A DNA stretch of 64,000 nt from Sphyrna mokarran (GCA_024679065.1 JAGIQG010000043.1:2108001-2172000), one strand, 5' to 3'; counted from the first letter of the stretch, positions 34,877 through 49,000 are shown. Notes: a model not told the origin generated them from the letters alone. Made by a program: numbers and translations.

Positions 34877-37800
34877 ACAAAGAACAAAGAAGAACAAAGA
34901 ACAAAACAGTATGAGAAACAGGGCCTTCGGCCCAATGAGCCCACGCCACCACCCCGATGTTCCCACCTCTACCCGCGATCCCTGTCCATATGTATAGATC
35001 TATGCATTAAGAACCAAATTTTGAGACAATTTAGGAAGAATTTGTTTTGCCAATTAGCCTAAGAGCACATCTTTGGGATGTGGGAGTAAACCGGAGCCGC
35101 CGGAGAAAATCCACGCAAGCACGGGGAGAATGCGCAAACTCCCACAGACACAGGCCCAAATCCATGTATCTGCACAGCAGAGCAATAATCACTGAGCTAT
35201 CGTGTTGCCAATCAGATGGTCCAGGTCGAGCATACACCAACAACGTGAAGCACTAGGATACTCTCAAAAAAGATCTAAGTGCAGTCCTCTCACGACCCAT
35301 CGCGTGTTATGCCCCTCGTTAGACAACAAGGTGGACCAAACACCTGTAGGGTAAAAACAAGTACATCAATATCGTCATCTATTTGCACACTTCCCAGGGA
35401 CTCCCAAGGCTCATGATCCCTATTTTAAATCAGTTTTCTACACCCCTCCATTCCCATTCTGTTCATGTGCCCATCTAAGTATTTCTTAAATAACTCCAGA
35501 GTACCTGCCTCCACCACTTTACTTGGAAGCGCATTCCATACCCCCACCACCCTCTGTGTGAAAAAACTCCCTCTAGCATCCAAATTATACCTTACCCCCC
35601 TCACCCTAAGCCCGTAACCCCTCGTGCTATTTGAGTCCATCCTAGGAAAAAGCTTAACCCTGTTTACTCTTTCAATCCCCTTCAAAATCTTGTACACCTC
35701 TATCAGATCTCCTCTAAGTCCATGTCTTTCTAAGGAAAACAGTCCCAATTTGCCTAATCTCTCCTCGTAACTCAGAACTTCCATTCTAGGCAGCATCCTG
35801 GTAAACCTCCTCTGCACTCTCGCCAGAGTCTCCACGTCCTTCGGTAGTAAGGCGACCAGAACTGGATGCAGTATTCCAAATAGGTAGAACCAGCGTTTTA
35901 TACAACTGCAACATTAAAGGCCAGCTCTTGTACTCTATACCCCTTCCTACAAAGACTAACATACTATATGCTTTCTTCACAACCTTCTCCACTTGCTCTG
36001 CCACCTTCAGAGACTTGTTCACCTGTACCTCCAGGTCCCCCTGCGTTTCTATACTCTTAATAGGTCTACCCTTTATCATGTACCTCCCTCCTACATTCTT
36101 TCTCCCGAAATGCATCACTTCACATTTGTCAGGATTGAGTTCCATCTGCCATCTGTCCGCCCAAGCAACCAGCCTATCTATGTCCTGCTGCATCGCCTGA
36201 TAATGCTCCTCACTATCCGCAAGTCCAGCCATCTTTGTATCGTCTGCAAACTTGCTGATCACTCCATTACTCCCTCTTCCAATTCATTTATATATATTAC
36301 AAGTAGAAGAGGCCCAGTACCGAGCCCTGCAGCACACCACCAGTGACCGACCTCCAGCTAGAGAAACACCCTTCCACCATTACTCTCTGTCTCCTATTAC
36401 CAAGCCAGTTACTTATCCATCTAGCTACCTGTCCTTGTATCCCATTTGCCTTGACCTTCTCGACTAACCTCCCATGAGGGACTTTGTCAAGCGCCTTACT
36501 AAAATCCAAATAGACAACATCAACGGCTCGCCCTTCGTCCACTGATTTCGTTACCTCCTCATAAAATTCTACCAGATTTGTAAGGCACCACCTCCCCTTA
36601 ACAAATCCATGATGCGTATCCCTAATCAATCGCAACGCTCTAAGTGCCTATACATCATATCTCTAAGAATCCCCTCCAACAGCTTCCCTACCACTGACGT
36701 CAAACTCACTGGCATATAGTTTCCAGGGTTATCCCTACTACCCTTTTTAAACAACGGTACAACATTAGCTATTCTCCACTCCTCTGGGACCTCACTTGTG
36801 TCCAAGGAAGAGACAAAGATTTGCGTCAGAGGCCCAGCAATTTCACCTCGCACCTTCCTAAGCAGTCTGGGATAAATGCCATTAGGCCCAGGAGATTTAT
36901 CAGTTTTAATGCTACCTAGAAGCTCTAACACTTCCTCCCTCGGTATAGATATTTCCCTCAACTGGTCCACAGCTCCCTCAGAGACAGGAGCTGTCAACAA
37001 GCCCCTCTCCTTCGTGAATACCGACGCAAAGTATTCATTCAGGATCTCCGCCATTCCCTCGGGCTCGAAGCACAGTTTCCTTCCTCTGTCCCTAAGAGGT
37101 CTGAATTTTCCTCTAACCACCCTTTTATTCCTAACTTAGGAATTTTATTCCTAACTTAGGAATAAAAAGCCTTTGGGTTTTCCTTAATCCTATCCGCCAA
37201 AATCATTTCATGCCCCCTTTTAGCCCTTCCAACTCCCTGTTTGAGCTCCCTCCTACTCTCCCTTTATTCCTTCAATGCTGTCTCGGATCACAGCTGCTTC
37301 TACCTATCATATCCTTCTCTTTTCTTTCTAACCAAGTCCTCAATATCCCTAGTAATCCACGGCTCTCTAATTCTACCTTTCCCATCTTTCCACTTGGCCG
37401 GCACATACTTACCTTGCAACATTTTCAGTATTCCCTTGAAAGAGTCCCACATGCCTAGCGTGGACTTACCCTCAAACAACCGTTCCCAATCAGGTTCCCT
37501 AAGTTCCTGCCTAATCCGACCGTAGTTAGCCTTCCCCCAATTCAGCTACCTGCCCCTAGGGCAACAAGCATCCTTTTCCTTCTGTATCCTAAAGTAGACA
37601 GAATTGTGGTCACTGTTAGCCACATGTTTCCCCACTACAACATCAACCACCTGCCCTGGCTCATTACTCAGAACTAAATCCAGTATAGCCCCTTCTCTAG
37701 TCGCGCTAGCCACATACTGTTCCAACGATCCTTCCAGTACACATTTTACAAATTCCTGCCCATCAAAACCCCCAGCTCTAGGTACTTTCCAATCCATCCT

Positions 37801-39480
37801 CGGGAGATTAAAATCTCCCACTATAACAACTCTGTTCTTTCTGCACCTATCCAAAATGTCTTTACATATGCCTTCTTCAACTGCCCGTGGGCTGTTGCGT
37901 TGCCTATAGTACACCCCTAGCATAGTAATTGCCCCCTTTCTATTCCTCAACTCCACCCACAGTGACTCCACTCCTAACTCCTCTGTATTGTCCTCCCTCT
38001 GCACTGCCGTGATGCTCTCCTTAACTAACAACGCCACTCCCCCACCTCTTCTGGACCTTCCTCTGTCATGCCTGAAACACTTATACCCAGGAATGTTCAG
38101 TTGCCACTGCTCCCCTTCCTTTAACCACGTCTCTGTCACTGCAACCACATCCAAGTTCCTCGCAAACATTAAGGCCCTAAGTTCATCCGTTTTTCCCGTT
38201 ACGCTCCTCGCATTGAAACAGACACACTCCGGACCTCCAAGACCACTCGGAACCTCCTTCTCCCCGGTGCATCGCTTCTCATCCAAGCTTACTCTATCTC
38301 ACATCTCGCTCTCTACCGAGATATCAGTCTCATCCCCTCCCCCCTCCATATTAGTTTAAACCCTGCCGAAACACTCCAGCTAATCTCCCAGCTAAGATAT
38401 TCACACCCTTCCCATTTAAGTGTTCCCCATCCCTTCCATACAGGTGCCCTTCTTTCACAAAGAATTCCCGGTTATCTACAAATACGAAACCCTCTGCCCT
38501 ACACCAGTCCTTCAGCCACGCATTCAGCTGTAGGATCTCATTTCTCCTGGCTCCGCTAATACCCGCGCCTGGAAGCAGACCTGAGATCGCCACCTTCGAG
38601 GCCCTGCTCTTCAGCCTACCCCCCAACTCCCTGAACTGCCTTCTTATATCCTCCCTGCTCTTCCTTCCTACATCCTTCTCTCCTACGTGAATAATCACAC
38701 CCGCCTGGGCCCCCTCACCCTTCAAAAGGCCCTCTACCCTGTCCGACACATCTTCCACCCCTGCTCCAGGGAGGCAAACTACCATCCTGGAGTCCTGCCT
38801 TGGATCACGGAAGCGTCTATCTATTCCTTTAACCCTCCCATCCCCCACCATTAGCCTCTTTCCTCCCCTTTGAGGTATTCTGGTCCTCGTGCCTTGCCTT
38901 TTTTAACCCTCCGCCCTCGATATTTTGGGGGGCTGCCACTGGGGAAGTCTTTGGACTGTCTCCCCTCTCCTTTTTCCCCTTCCTGACAGTAATCCACCTG
39001 GAAGGGTCAGGTTCCACCCCCCACACCCCGCCACCCCGCCCCTTAGGCTCCGGGTCTGCTACGCTACTCTGCCTCCCTTCCACGATTGCCTCGTTCTCCC
39101 TGACTAAACATGCATCTGCCAACTGACGCTCTAGTTGCTTGACCCGAGCCCTCAGACGCTGCAGCTCCAAACACATGACGCATGCGTGGTCTTTCGGGAG
39201 AGGTCTCGCCCCAGGAACTCCCATACGTGACACCGCACACAGGTGAGGCGTCTTCCCTTCATCCCTGCCATTGTCTTGTACACCTTTGGAGGTATGAATT
39301 CCAGTGGAAAACCAGTAGCACACTGTGCCTAAGCCTGCTCTAGCCCAAGCCCCACGAGCCAAAGCCCTTATATTTCACTCTGCTTCCCTATTCACTCCGC
39401 TGCCCGCTCCCGACGCTGCCCGCTGTCTACTGCCACTTTCTTTTTATACTCCCCGGTGCCCTTCCTAGCTAGCCCCAGGA
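34877..39480 (-). mobile_element. Near-full-length CR1 LINE (5'UTR, ORF1, EN-RT ORF2, long 3'UTR), inactivated by frameshifts
   Basis: ORF1 pieces 39362-38351. APE endonuclease 38286-37546 (CFNARS, VAVTETWL, GGGVALLV, GDFN, SDHN). RT pieces 37120-35425 (YLDFSKA.DKV, KFADD). Internal ~20-bp tandem duplication at ~37123-37162. (GTTCTTT)n tail. Confidence 0.95.
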
Positions 39481-40444
39481 CTAACTACAGCAGCAAAAAG
39501 CAGTCAAAAAGAGAGAGGGAAAAAAAGGCAAATTGAAAAAAATCACACTCAGCCACCAGTACTTCCAGTCACTCTGTCCCATAGAACAATGATTGAAGAG
39601 ACTAATAATATAATTATGTATTGGACACAGAGACTCCAACCTGGGAATTCTGCCGGATGATCGAGCCCTCCTCCAGCAGATTAACTAGTTTTGACTTCCC
39701 ACAAAACGTGGAACAGATTGAATTTATTGTTATGTATTGTTAAGCAACAATGAAGCTATATTGTTTAAAGAGTGAACCCACTTAGCCGCGTTATCAGACG
39801 GGAATACTGATTTTACATAATATTCATTCAGGATTAACTACCAATGTCCAATTGAATATCCAGTACTAGGGTACATCTAGTTAAGGGTTGGGACACACTT
39901 AATCTCGCAGATTTCATATTCATGCAGTCGCAAACCAGTTGTCCACATGCCTGCTCAACACTTAATCCCATCTCCAACGCAAACAAACTCACCCTAAAAA
40001 TGTCTCTGTGAATTAGCTGAAGAGCCGCCGGAAGCATATTTGTTCGAAACCCGTATAGAAACCGTAATCACGCAGCTTACATTTGGTATTCAAAACCTTT
40101 TTTTCAATATATGGTAACTCGGACACAGATCCATTTTGAAGTATTCCTTGCACAATTACAATAGAAAATGCAGAATAGAATTTTAAAACCCGCTATGAAA
40201 AGTTAGAAGCATAGAGAGGTGAAATTGCACTGCAGGCGATATTCCATCTTTGAATGGTGGACATTAAGAGAAAGTTCATTTCCGCTTTGGTCGCCATCAT
40301 AATATTGAGCCCCCAATCCGCCTGAGTTTGCACCGGCTGCACTTTCGGAATTCACCTTGCAAAAAGAAGAACGTTTCCGCAACATTGTAAATCCAGGAAA
40401 CACACGGAGAGTTCTCTCTCTCTCTCTCTCTCATTATCCTTGTA

Positions 40445-40489
40445 TTAAAGTTTTAGATCCTCGTTAAAGGCCAAGCGAGCGTAAAGCGT
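40445..40489 (-). CDS. Gene B exon 6: terminal exon TLYARLAFNEDLKL*
   Basis: ttcatccacag acceptor, phase 0, stop at the same codon as in gene A. Confidence 0.75.
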   Translation of the reverse strand, partial: TLYARLAFNEDLKL

Positions 40490-43400
40490 CTGTGGATGAA
40501 AAGCGATCTGTTAGCGTGATACACACCAGTATTATAGTGACAGGTGAGACCATTGAATCCCCCCAATCTTCTGCCTACCCCCACTTTATTCAATCGGTTC
40601 ACGGCTGTAAGGTTACTCAACTCACAGTCACCTATCAATATTGAATAATATCAATTGAATTAATCCATTCCCTAATATAAATCTATCTGTCGCACCTTTG
40701 GGATTTCCAATTGCCCAATATTCTGTATAGCTTTTTAGTGGACAGAATTCCGCCCCGCGTTCTGTGAAGAAGTGTTTCGAGTTGATTTATTATTGTCACA
40801 TGTTAGCATGCATTGAAATGTAATGATTCTTGCCTAACATACAGATGAAGTGTATTGTGTATGGAGAATGAAAAGAGGTGCATTTTGTAGTGTTACAGTG
40901 ATAGGTAAGCTGTAGAGAAATATTAACTTAATATGAGGCAGGTCCACTCTAATGTCTGATAGCAGCAGGGAAGAAGCTGTCCTTGCGTGAAATCAGAATT
41001 ACATATCTTTTTCCCAAAGGAAGAAGGTGGAAAAAAAACATATCCAAGGTGCATGGAGTCCTCGATAATGGTGGCTGTTTTTATAGAAAGATAGAAGATA
41101 CCAGCAGGGAGAGGTCATTTGCACTTCGAGTCTGCTCCAGCATTCATTATAATCATGACTGTTCGTCCAGCCCTATCGTCTAATTCTACTTTCTCCCTTC
41201 GCTCCTAAGTGCTGTATCCAGCCGCCCGTTGAATACATTCAATGCTTTGGCATCAACTACTTCCCGTGGTAATGAATTCCACAGGCTCACCGAGTGAAGA
41301 AATGTCTCCTCACCTCCGTCCTAAATGGTCTATCCCAAAACCTCAAACAGTGATTCCTGATTCTGGACTCCCTCCTCTATCGGGAACATCCTTCCTGTAT
41401 CTACCCTGTTTAGCCCTGTTAGAATTTTATAAGTCTCTGTGAAATCCCCCCTCATTCGTCTGAACTCCAGTGAAAACAAATTTAACCAGTCAATCTCTCC
41501 TCATACATCAATCCCGCCATTCCTGGAATGAGCCTGGTGAATCTTCGCTGCACTCTCTCCAGGACCAGAATATTCTCCCAAAGTGAATGCATTTGGTATG
41601 TCTCCTGCTCTGTCCAAGACTACAAGAACTGGTCTAGTCCCATTATTCAAACCAGGCTCCCCTCCATTGACTCTGCCTATACGTCCCGTTGCCTCGGGGA
41701 AAAGCAGCCAACAGAATCAAGGACTCCCCTCCCCCACGCACTCCGGACATTCTGTCTTCCACCTTCTTCCGTCGGGAAAAAGACACAAAAGTCTGAGGTC
41801 AGATACCAACCTACTCAAGAACAGGTTCTTCCCTGCTGCTGTCAGACTTCTGAATGGACCTAACTCGCACTAAGTTGATCTTTCTCGACACCCTAGGTAT
41901 GACTGTAGCACTATATTCTCCACTCTCTCCTTTCCTTCTCAATGAACGGTATGCCTTCTCTGTATAGTGCGCAAGAAACAATACTTTTCACTGTATCCCA
42001 ATACGTGGCAATAATAAACCTAATCGATGTACTCAATGAATGGTGTACTTTGCCTGTACAGCGCACAAGGAATAATATTTTTCACTGTATCCCAATACAT
42101 GGGACAATAATAAATCCAATCTATCTACTCTGTGAACGATATGCTTTGTCTGTATAATGTGCAAAAAACAATTCTTTTCACTGTATCCCAATACATGTGA
42201 CAATCATTAATCAAATGTACTGTACTCTACGAACAGAATGCTTTGTCTGTGTAGCGCGAAAGAAACAATTCTTTTTTACTGTATCCCAATACATGTGACA
42301 ACAATAAATCAAATCTATGTACTCCATGAATGGTATGCTTTGTATTTCGCGTAAGAAACAATACTTTTCACTGTATCCCAATACACGTGACAATAATAAA
42401 TCAAATCAAATCAAATCAAATGTTCCACGAATGAATTAAACAAAAAAGCTAACTTGAAAGAAATTATTCGGCCTCGAAGCTGTCTCTGTCTATGGAAGCC
42501 ACCAGGTTTGTTGAGGTTTTCTAGAATTTTCCGTGTTAGTAATGAATTCTAAACCGCGGATTAATAATTAATGAAAAGTATCAGTGTGGTATATTAAAAA
42601 AATAATTCCATTCACTCACCTCTTTATTCTGTTTGTGTTCTGTGGATTCTGTCAGTTCCTCATCACTGTTCGCGGTTCCTGTTAGAAAGGGGGATTTAAA
42701 CTGAAATTTAAATGAATTAATTTCACACTGAACCCGCTCAGAATTATCAATAACTCGGTGATAGATGTGTGGACTGAGAGCGCCACGGATAACAGATTCC
42801 CCCAACAATCGCTACCTCTCTGCCGGTTCCTGCAGATCCTTCTTCCAGCCGCAAGGATCAACCCCAGAAGGAGAAGTGCCGCGGCCGACAAACCCCCGTA
42901 AAACAATAAATGACAGGTGAGCGAGAACGGAGAATCTGCAAAAAAACATTGAACTTTCAGTCAACAGGAATCAAGTGTGGAAATAATTAAACAAGCAAGG
43001 ATCTTGTTCAATCTAACTGTCCAATTCGACCGGAAAATGATAAAAAATTTGTACAGTTTCCTATCATGCAATAGAGTCGCACATTTACGGTAGAGCGCAA
43101 AGCCAGGCAAAGAGAAATACTGACAGAGAGACTGAGGACATTTTGAGTAGAGCACACAGAGAGATGGAGGGAGAGAGTGGAAGATTCAGGCAGAGAATAA
43201 TCATGTAATCCCATTGTACAGAAGAAGTCCATTCGGGCCATCGAGTCTGCACTACCCTATCCCCGTCACCTCACGTATTTACTCTGCTAATCCTCCTGAC
43301 TCTCAGCTCAATTTAGCATGGCCAATACACCTATTCCGCACACTTCGGGCACTAAAGGGCAATACAGCATGACCAATCCACTTAACCCACGTATCTTTGG

Positions 43401-46041
43401 ACGCTAAAGGGCAATTTGTCATAGCTAATCTAACTAACCTACATATCTCCGATACTAAGGAGCAATTTACCATGGCTTATCCACCTAACTTACACATCCT
43501 TTGACATTAAGGGCAATTTACCATGGTTGATACACCCAGCCTTCACATCCTTTGACACCAAGGAGTAATTTACCATAGCTGGTCCACTTAACCTACACAC
43601 CCGTTGAAACTAAGGGACATGTACCATGGCTGATCCACCTAACCGACACATACTTTGGCACTAAGGGGCAAATTAGCACGGCCAATCCACTTAACCCGCA
43701 CATCTTTGGAATTTGTGGGAAAACAGCAGCACCCGCGGGAAGGCCGATGTAATTGAATGGGATTGAAGTACTGGGAGGCGAAGGGATGAATAAACGGTTC
43801 ATTGCTGTGCTGAGATAGAGAGCGACATTGGGAATATAATCACACATTTCAATTTTACACACTGACAGATTGGTCCCTGACCTTCAGATGTGTCATGTTG
43901 TCTTAGCCAGATATAAGAAGGGGAAGAGGAGAAGAGGCCATTCGGCCTATCTCGTCTAATCTGCCATCCAACATCATTATGCTTCACCATGTACATAAAC
44001 TTCACTTCACCGCTCTTTCTCTTACTCATTAATCTATCCGCTCTCACAAATGTGTTTCAGTGATTGAACATCCACGGTTCATAACGGTAGCGAAGAAGAG
44101 GCAAAGTATCAGAAAATGAATCTGGGAGGATTATGATAGGACAGTGGATGCCCGCAGAGACATTTGTAATTTATAAAGTTAGACGGCTTTTAGTAAAGTG
44201 TCCCGTTATTATTAAATAGATTGAAAAATAGTCATTGTGAATACCTTCCTGAGATGAGAAACTGTTACTGAGAATACTGTTACTGAGAATACTTTCACTG
44301 GAGTTGACCCGAACGGCGCAAGTACAGCGAGCGCCACTTCTCCAAGTTTCCGCCGGAAGACTGATGTAACTCCTGACGGTGTAGGTCCCGTCTGGCTCCA
44401 GTGTGCCCGAATCGGTCCGTCCCTCGGTATCGCACCCCGAAACATTCCAGCGAACAGGAAAGGAAGCGGGAGACACGCCTCTGACCAGGCACATCAATGG
44501 GACCTTTTCCATGGCGGGAATCTCATCCAGTGGCGGGGTGAGGAGGAATATGGAGGGAGAACCCGCTAAATCCGGCAAATAAAACGGAAAATACTCATTA
44601 ACTGGTGGAACAGAACACTTCAATTTTTCTGAGGTACCCACTGCAATAGACTATTAATGAGATTTACCTATAATCACTAATTTGGAGCCATTTCCGAATA
44701 TTTGGACACTGTTTTGATGAATGTGCTTTGCACAGTAATACATCCCAGAGTCATTTGTTCTGGAATCCGCAATGATTAGTGAATAAAGACGCCCATTTTC
44801 AGAAATCTGGTTGGAAAATCTCCCGTCAGCTTGGCTGTTCTTGTAAGCGCTGTAAATGAAATCCATGCTGTTTCTCCCTCTCTGTCTGTACCAGAAGACA
44901 AAGCCAATAGCTTGACCCTGAATGCGGCAGCTGAGATTAACAGGACTCCCCGCAGGGAGAGTCTGAAACGGCGGGAACTGGGACACGGTGACCTGAGACA
45001 TTGCAACTGGGAAAGAGAAAGAAAGAGAACAACCGTCACTTCAGGTTATGGAGCATTCCCTGAATCCTATATTGCAGAAAGAGGCCATTTGCTCCATCGA
45101 GTCTGCACCGATCACAATCCCCCCTAACCCTATTCCCGCAATATTTACACTTCTAATCCCCTGTTACGAAGGGGCAATTTAGCGTGGCCATTCAAACTAA
45201 CACGCGCATCTTTGGACTTTGGGGGAAAGAGGAGCACCCGGAGGAATCCCACGGAAACACGCAAACACGGAGAGAACGTGCAAGCTCTCCGCGGGAATCC
45301 GAGCCTGGCGCTGTGATGTGATAGTGTTAACCGACTGTGCCGCTGAGATGTTCCAGCACTTCCTAATTTTGCTTCGTTTCTTCTCGTCCTCCGTTGACTT
45401 TGGGAGCTAAAGTCTGTTCAGAAATTTATAACTGACTCTGAAGTTCTACTTGAAAACCTTTCTCTCCCAAGTCGCCAATATTGTTAAGGAAGCCCATTCA
45501 CACAGCATAGCTCAGGAGAAATGGAAAATCAGATTAATTCCATTCCAACCATTGTTATGAATCGACGTTGCATTTTCTCAGCAACATTTGATTCATTGTT
45601 AAGTTAAACTTGCACGCTAGATCACAACTTACAGAACTGCTGAAGCCCGGGGTGAGGGGACCTTCGGCCCTTCCAATTTGAGTTGAACTTGTGAAAGATG
45701 TCACTAATATTATTGAATTTCACCCCTTTATATTTGTATCCACTTCACCCATTTTGAAAGTTCCATTTCCCCCGTTTGAAAGTTCCTGTTGGATCTGCTT
45801 CCTTCGCCCTTTGAGACAAAACTTTCCAGATCACAACAGCTCAGATGGGGGTTAAAAAATCCCTTAATCTCCCTCTTTACTTTTACCAAATTCATATTCC
45901 CTTGTTTCCAGAAACTCCTGCCAATGGAATCAATTTCTGCCTCTTCGCTCTGTGCATAATCTTCTCCGTTCTATCTGAATATAATGAGGATATCTCACCC
46001 TGGAAGAGATGGAGCAATGCACAGATACCGAGGAAACCCAT
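40445..46041 (-). CDS. Gene B: paralog of gene A, non-rearranging VJ-C1 IgSF membrane receptor, 6 exons, 308 aa
   Basis: Exons (minus strand) 46041-45999, 45006-44668, 44565-44245, 42935-42816, 42678-42620 and 40489-40445. GT-AG introns, same phases and lengths as gene A, no internal stops. Confidence 0.85.
42620..42678 (-). CDS. Gene B exon 5: cytoplasmic
   Basis: (G)TANSDEELTESTEHKQNKE|GTGAGT. Confidence 0.8.
42816..42935 (-). CDS. Gene B exon 4: stalk and transmembrane segment
   Basis: (D)SPFSLTCHLLFYGGLSAAALLLLGLILAAG-RRICRNRQR, flanked by AG and GT. Confidence 0.87.
44245..44565 (-). CDS. Gene B exon 3: C1-set domain
   Basis: PSIFLLTPP...LMCLVRGVSP...WNVSG...DGTYTVRSY...W...CTCAV; 321 nt as in A. 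Confidence 0.92.
44668..45006 (-). CDS. Gene B exon 2: V-set domain with germline-joined J-like segment
   Basis: QVTVSQFPP...LSC...FWYRQ...DSGMYYC-AKHIHQNSVQI-FGNGSKLVII; 339 nt as in A. Confidence 0.93.
45999..46041 (-). CDS. Gene B exon 1: signal peptide MGFLGICALLHLFQ
   Basis: Matches the gene A leader; donor G|GTGAGA. Confidence 0.85.
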
Positions 46042-49000
46042 TGTCCTTGAGCGAGACCGTGAGACTCTGAGCCCCCGATTCAAATTTCACTGAGAACTCG
46101 CTCTTGTTCTCTCTGTGTGGGGGAGGAGTGAAATACCCGCACCTTGTATATGAATGAAAATACGACAGGCGTTTGGAAATAGAACCGAGGTAGAGAGCTC
46201 TCTGCGGTTTTCCTGTTTACTACAGGTGCAGGTGCTGGCGAGCATTCGACATGTTCTCCAAAATGCCTCAAATATCTCACTCACATCAGCTACACCAGAC
46301 ATGGAGTGCAGAGCACCGCTCTTCCGAATCTGGTAAGGATTCCCAGGTAGTGGAAAAGGTTCAGTTAACATTTCATAACGAATGATACCAGAAATCAGAG
46401 CGTGCAACTGTCAGTGAGTCTTGAAGAGGTTGGAGCTCTTTATCTCTGAAAGAAATATTGTAAATTGAGGGCTGATCTACTGAAATATTTACAATTATGA
46501 AATGGTTCAACAAGGCAGAAGTAGGATTCCAAAATATTGCAGGATGAATGTGGTGCTCAGCAGGAATTCAGGGCTGAAATGTAAGTTGGAAGAATCGGGG
46601 GAATATAGAACTCGATTGCGTAGGGAATGCTTTTGATTTGATTTTATTTTATTTGATTTATTATTGTCACATCTATTGGGATACAGTGAAAAACATTGTT
46701 CCTTGTTGCACTACATAGGCAAAGCATACCATTCATAGAGTGCATAGATTTGATTTATTATTGTCACATGTATTGAGAGACAGTGAAATGTATTCTTTCT
46801 TGCATGCTACACAGACAAAGCATACCGTTCACAGAGTACATAGATTTGATTTATTTTATCACATGTATTGGGATACATGAAAAGTATTGTTTTTTTGCGC
46901 GATATGCAGACAAAGCATACCTTTCATAGAGAAGGAAATGAGACTGTAGTGTCAGAATCATCGCCAGGATGTAGAGAAAGTTCAACTTAATGCAGTGTGG
47001 TCCTATTTTTCGTTCTATGGTAATACATGTGACAATAATAAATGAAACCAAATCAAATTAAAATGTGCCAATTAATAAAAAAATTGCACTATTAAAGTCG
47101 TAATGATTATGGCGTTTTTCTTCTCACGACCCATTTTCCTTCTCACGACCGCTTGAGACAAACGACAAAGTTGTATTTTAACTGGGTAGCTGGATAGACA
47201 CAAAGGACAGAAAGGAGTAGAAGGATATGTTGATGGGTGATAGGAAGAAGGAATGGGATACCTCTGGAACATTAACAACAGCTGATAGGCCGAATTGTAC
47301 CAATCTGTTCTGTGCTTTTTATGCAATTGTGTTAGAAAAACATGAAATCAAAGACATCCTTTGATACTCTGATATGTGAGCAGTTAGTGCTACCTCTATG
47401 TTTTACATGGGTTGCAACAGGGCGTAGTTGTTTCTATTTCAGAGAGATTACAGTCGCCCAGCTTAATGTTGAGGCAGTCCCGATCTTAGGATGTCCCCAG
47501 GTTCTTGGTAGCCGGTGATACGTCTTTGCAAGTGCACTTACTTTGAAATAAAGGTGATTCAGTCAGGTTCATGCAAAACAGGATGCTGAAAACTGACATT
47601 TGATAAATTCCTGATAAGTTAACACATGGAACCAGCAAACTCCTATTGTGAAGAAGGAGGGTCATTCATCCCGTTGAGCATGCACCACCAGCACACGCAC
47701 CCAGGCGCTATCGCCTTGACCCCACATAATTAGCCTACTAATTCCCCTGACACTAAGGGACAATTTAGCATGTCCAGTCCACCTAACTTTCACATCTTTA
47801 TCCGCTAAGCTGCAATTTAGCATGGTCAATGCGGCGTCCTGCATATCTTTGGATAGTTAGGGACAATTTAACGTGGCCAATCCATGTAACCCACATATCT
47901 TTGGATAAGAAGGGACAACTGAGCATGGCCAACCAGAAAACTCACACATATTTGGCCACTAAGGGGCAATTTTGCACGACCAATCCGAAAGTGCACATCT
48001 TAGGACACTAAGATGAAATTTAGCTAATAGATATGTATAAAATTTTGAAAGGCACAGATAGGGTGAACAATGGGAAGCTTTTTCCCAGGTCGGAGGTGAC
48101 GAGCACAAGAAGTCACAAGTTCAACGTGAAGGGGGGCAAGGTTCAACACAAATGTCAGGGGGCCCTATTTTGCACAGAGGATGGTGGGGGCCTGAAATGC
48201 ACTGCCGAACAGGGTGGTTGAGGTGGACAAGCTGGGATTGTTTAAGACTTATCTAGATGAACAGATTGGGAATGGAGAGATACAAACGAATGGTCCAGCT
48301 GGGCATGTGAGTGGCGCAGACTTAGAGCGCCGAAGGGCATGGCCAATCACCTAACCAGCACATTATTGGACATTGGCATTTAAACTTACAGTGTTCTAAT
48401 TTACAGATCGTGCCCCAGACGCCTCAATCTCCATTTTTATTAATTCCTGTTGCTTCTTTTGACAAATCCTCTTAAACCAATGTCATGCAGCTCTCGATAT
48501 TTTGCCTTTTTCCATAAATATATATTAGTTCTTTTTTATAGAAATGACAAATAGTGATAGAACACAGAAACAAACAAGGCTCTAAACTCAAAACTAAATA
48601 AAATTTGTTCTATTTAAGTTATTCTACATCCTTTACTTTAATATAGGCAATCTGAATATAGCGAAAGTAAGAACGTTTATTTATCATTGCGGTTCTCGAA
48701 AGCCAGCATACCCTTTACTGGGTGAAAAACTTCCTTCATACTGACAAACAGGCCTATTTAAATAGCAGTTGCCTAGTTACCTGTTCTCTACCTTCCGAAA
48801 ACTATCTCTATGTACGCTTAGTGATGGCACTTGCTGTCGACTGTATGATGGTCAGTTAACATTCGTGATTAACCACTCCTGATTAATCTGTGTACTGGGA
48901 CACACTACATTTCGTCCCCAACTACTAATAATCTATCATTGATCCCTTGAACAATAGGATTGTCCTGCGATGAGAGGCTGGAAAAATGATATTTATATTC

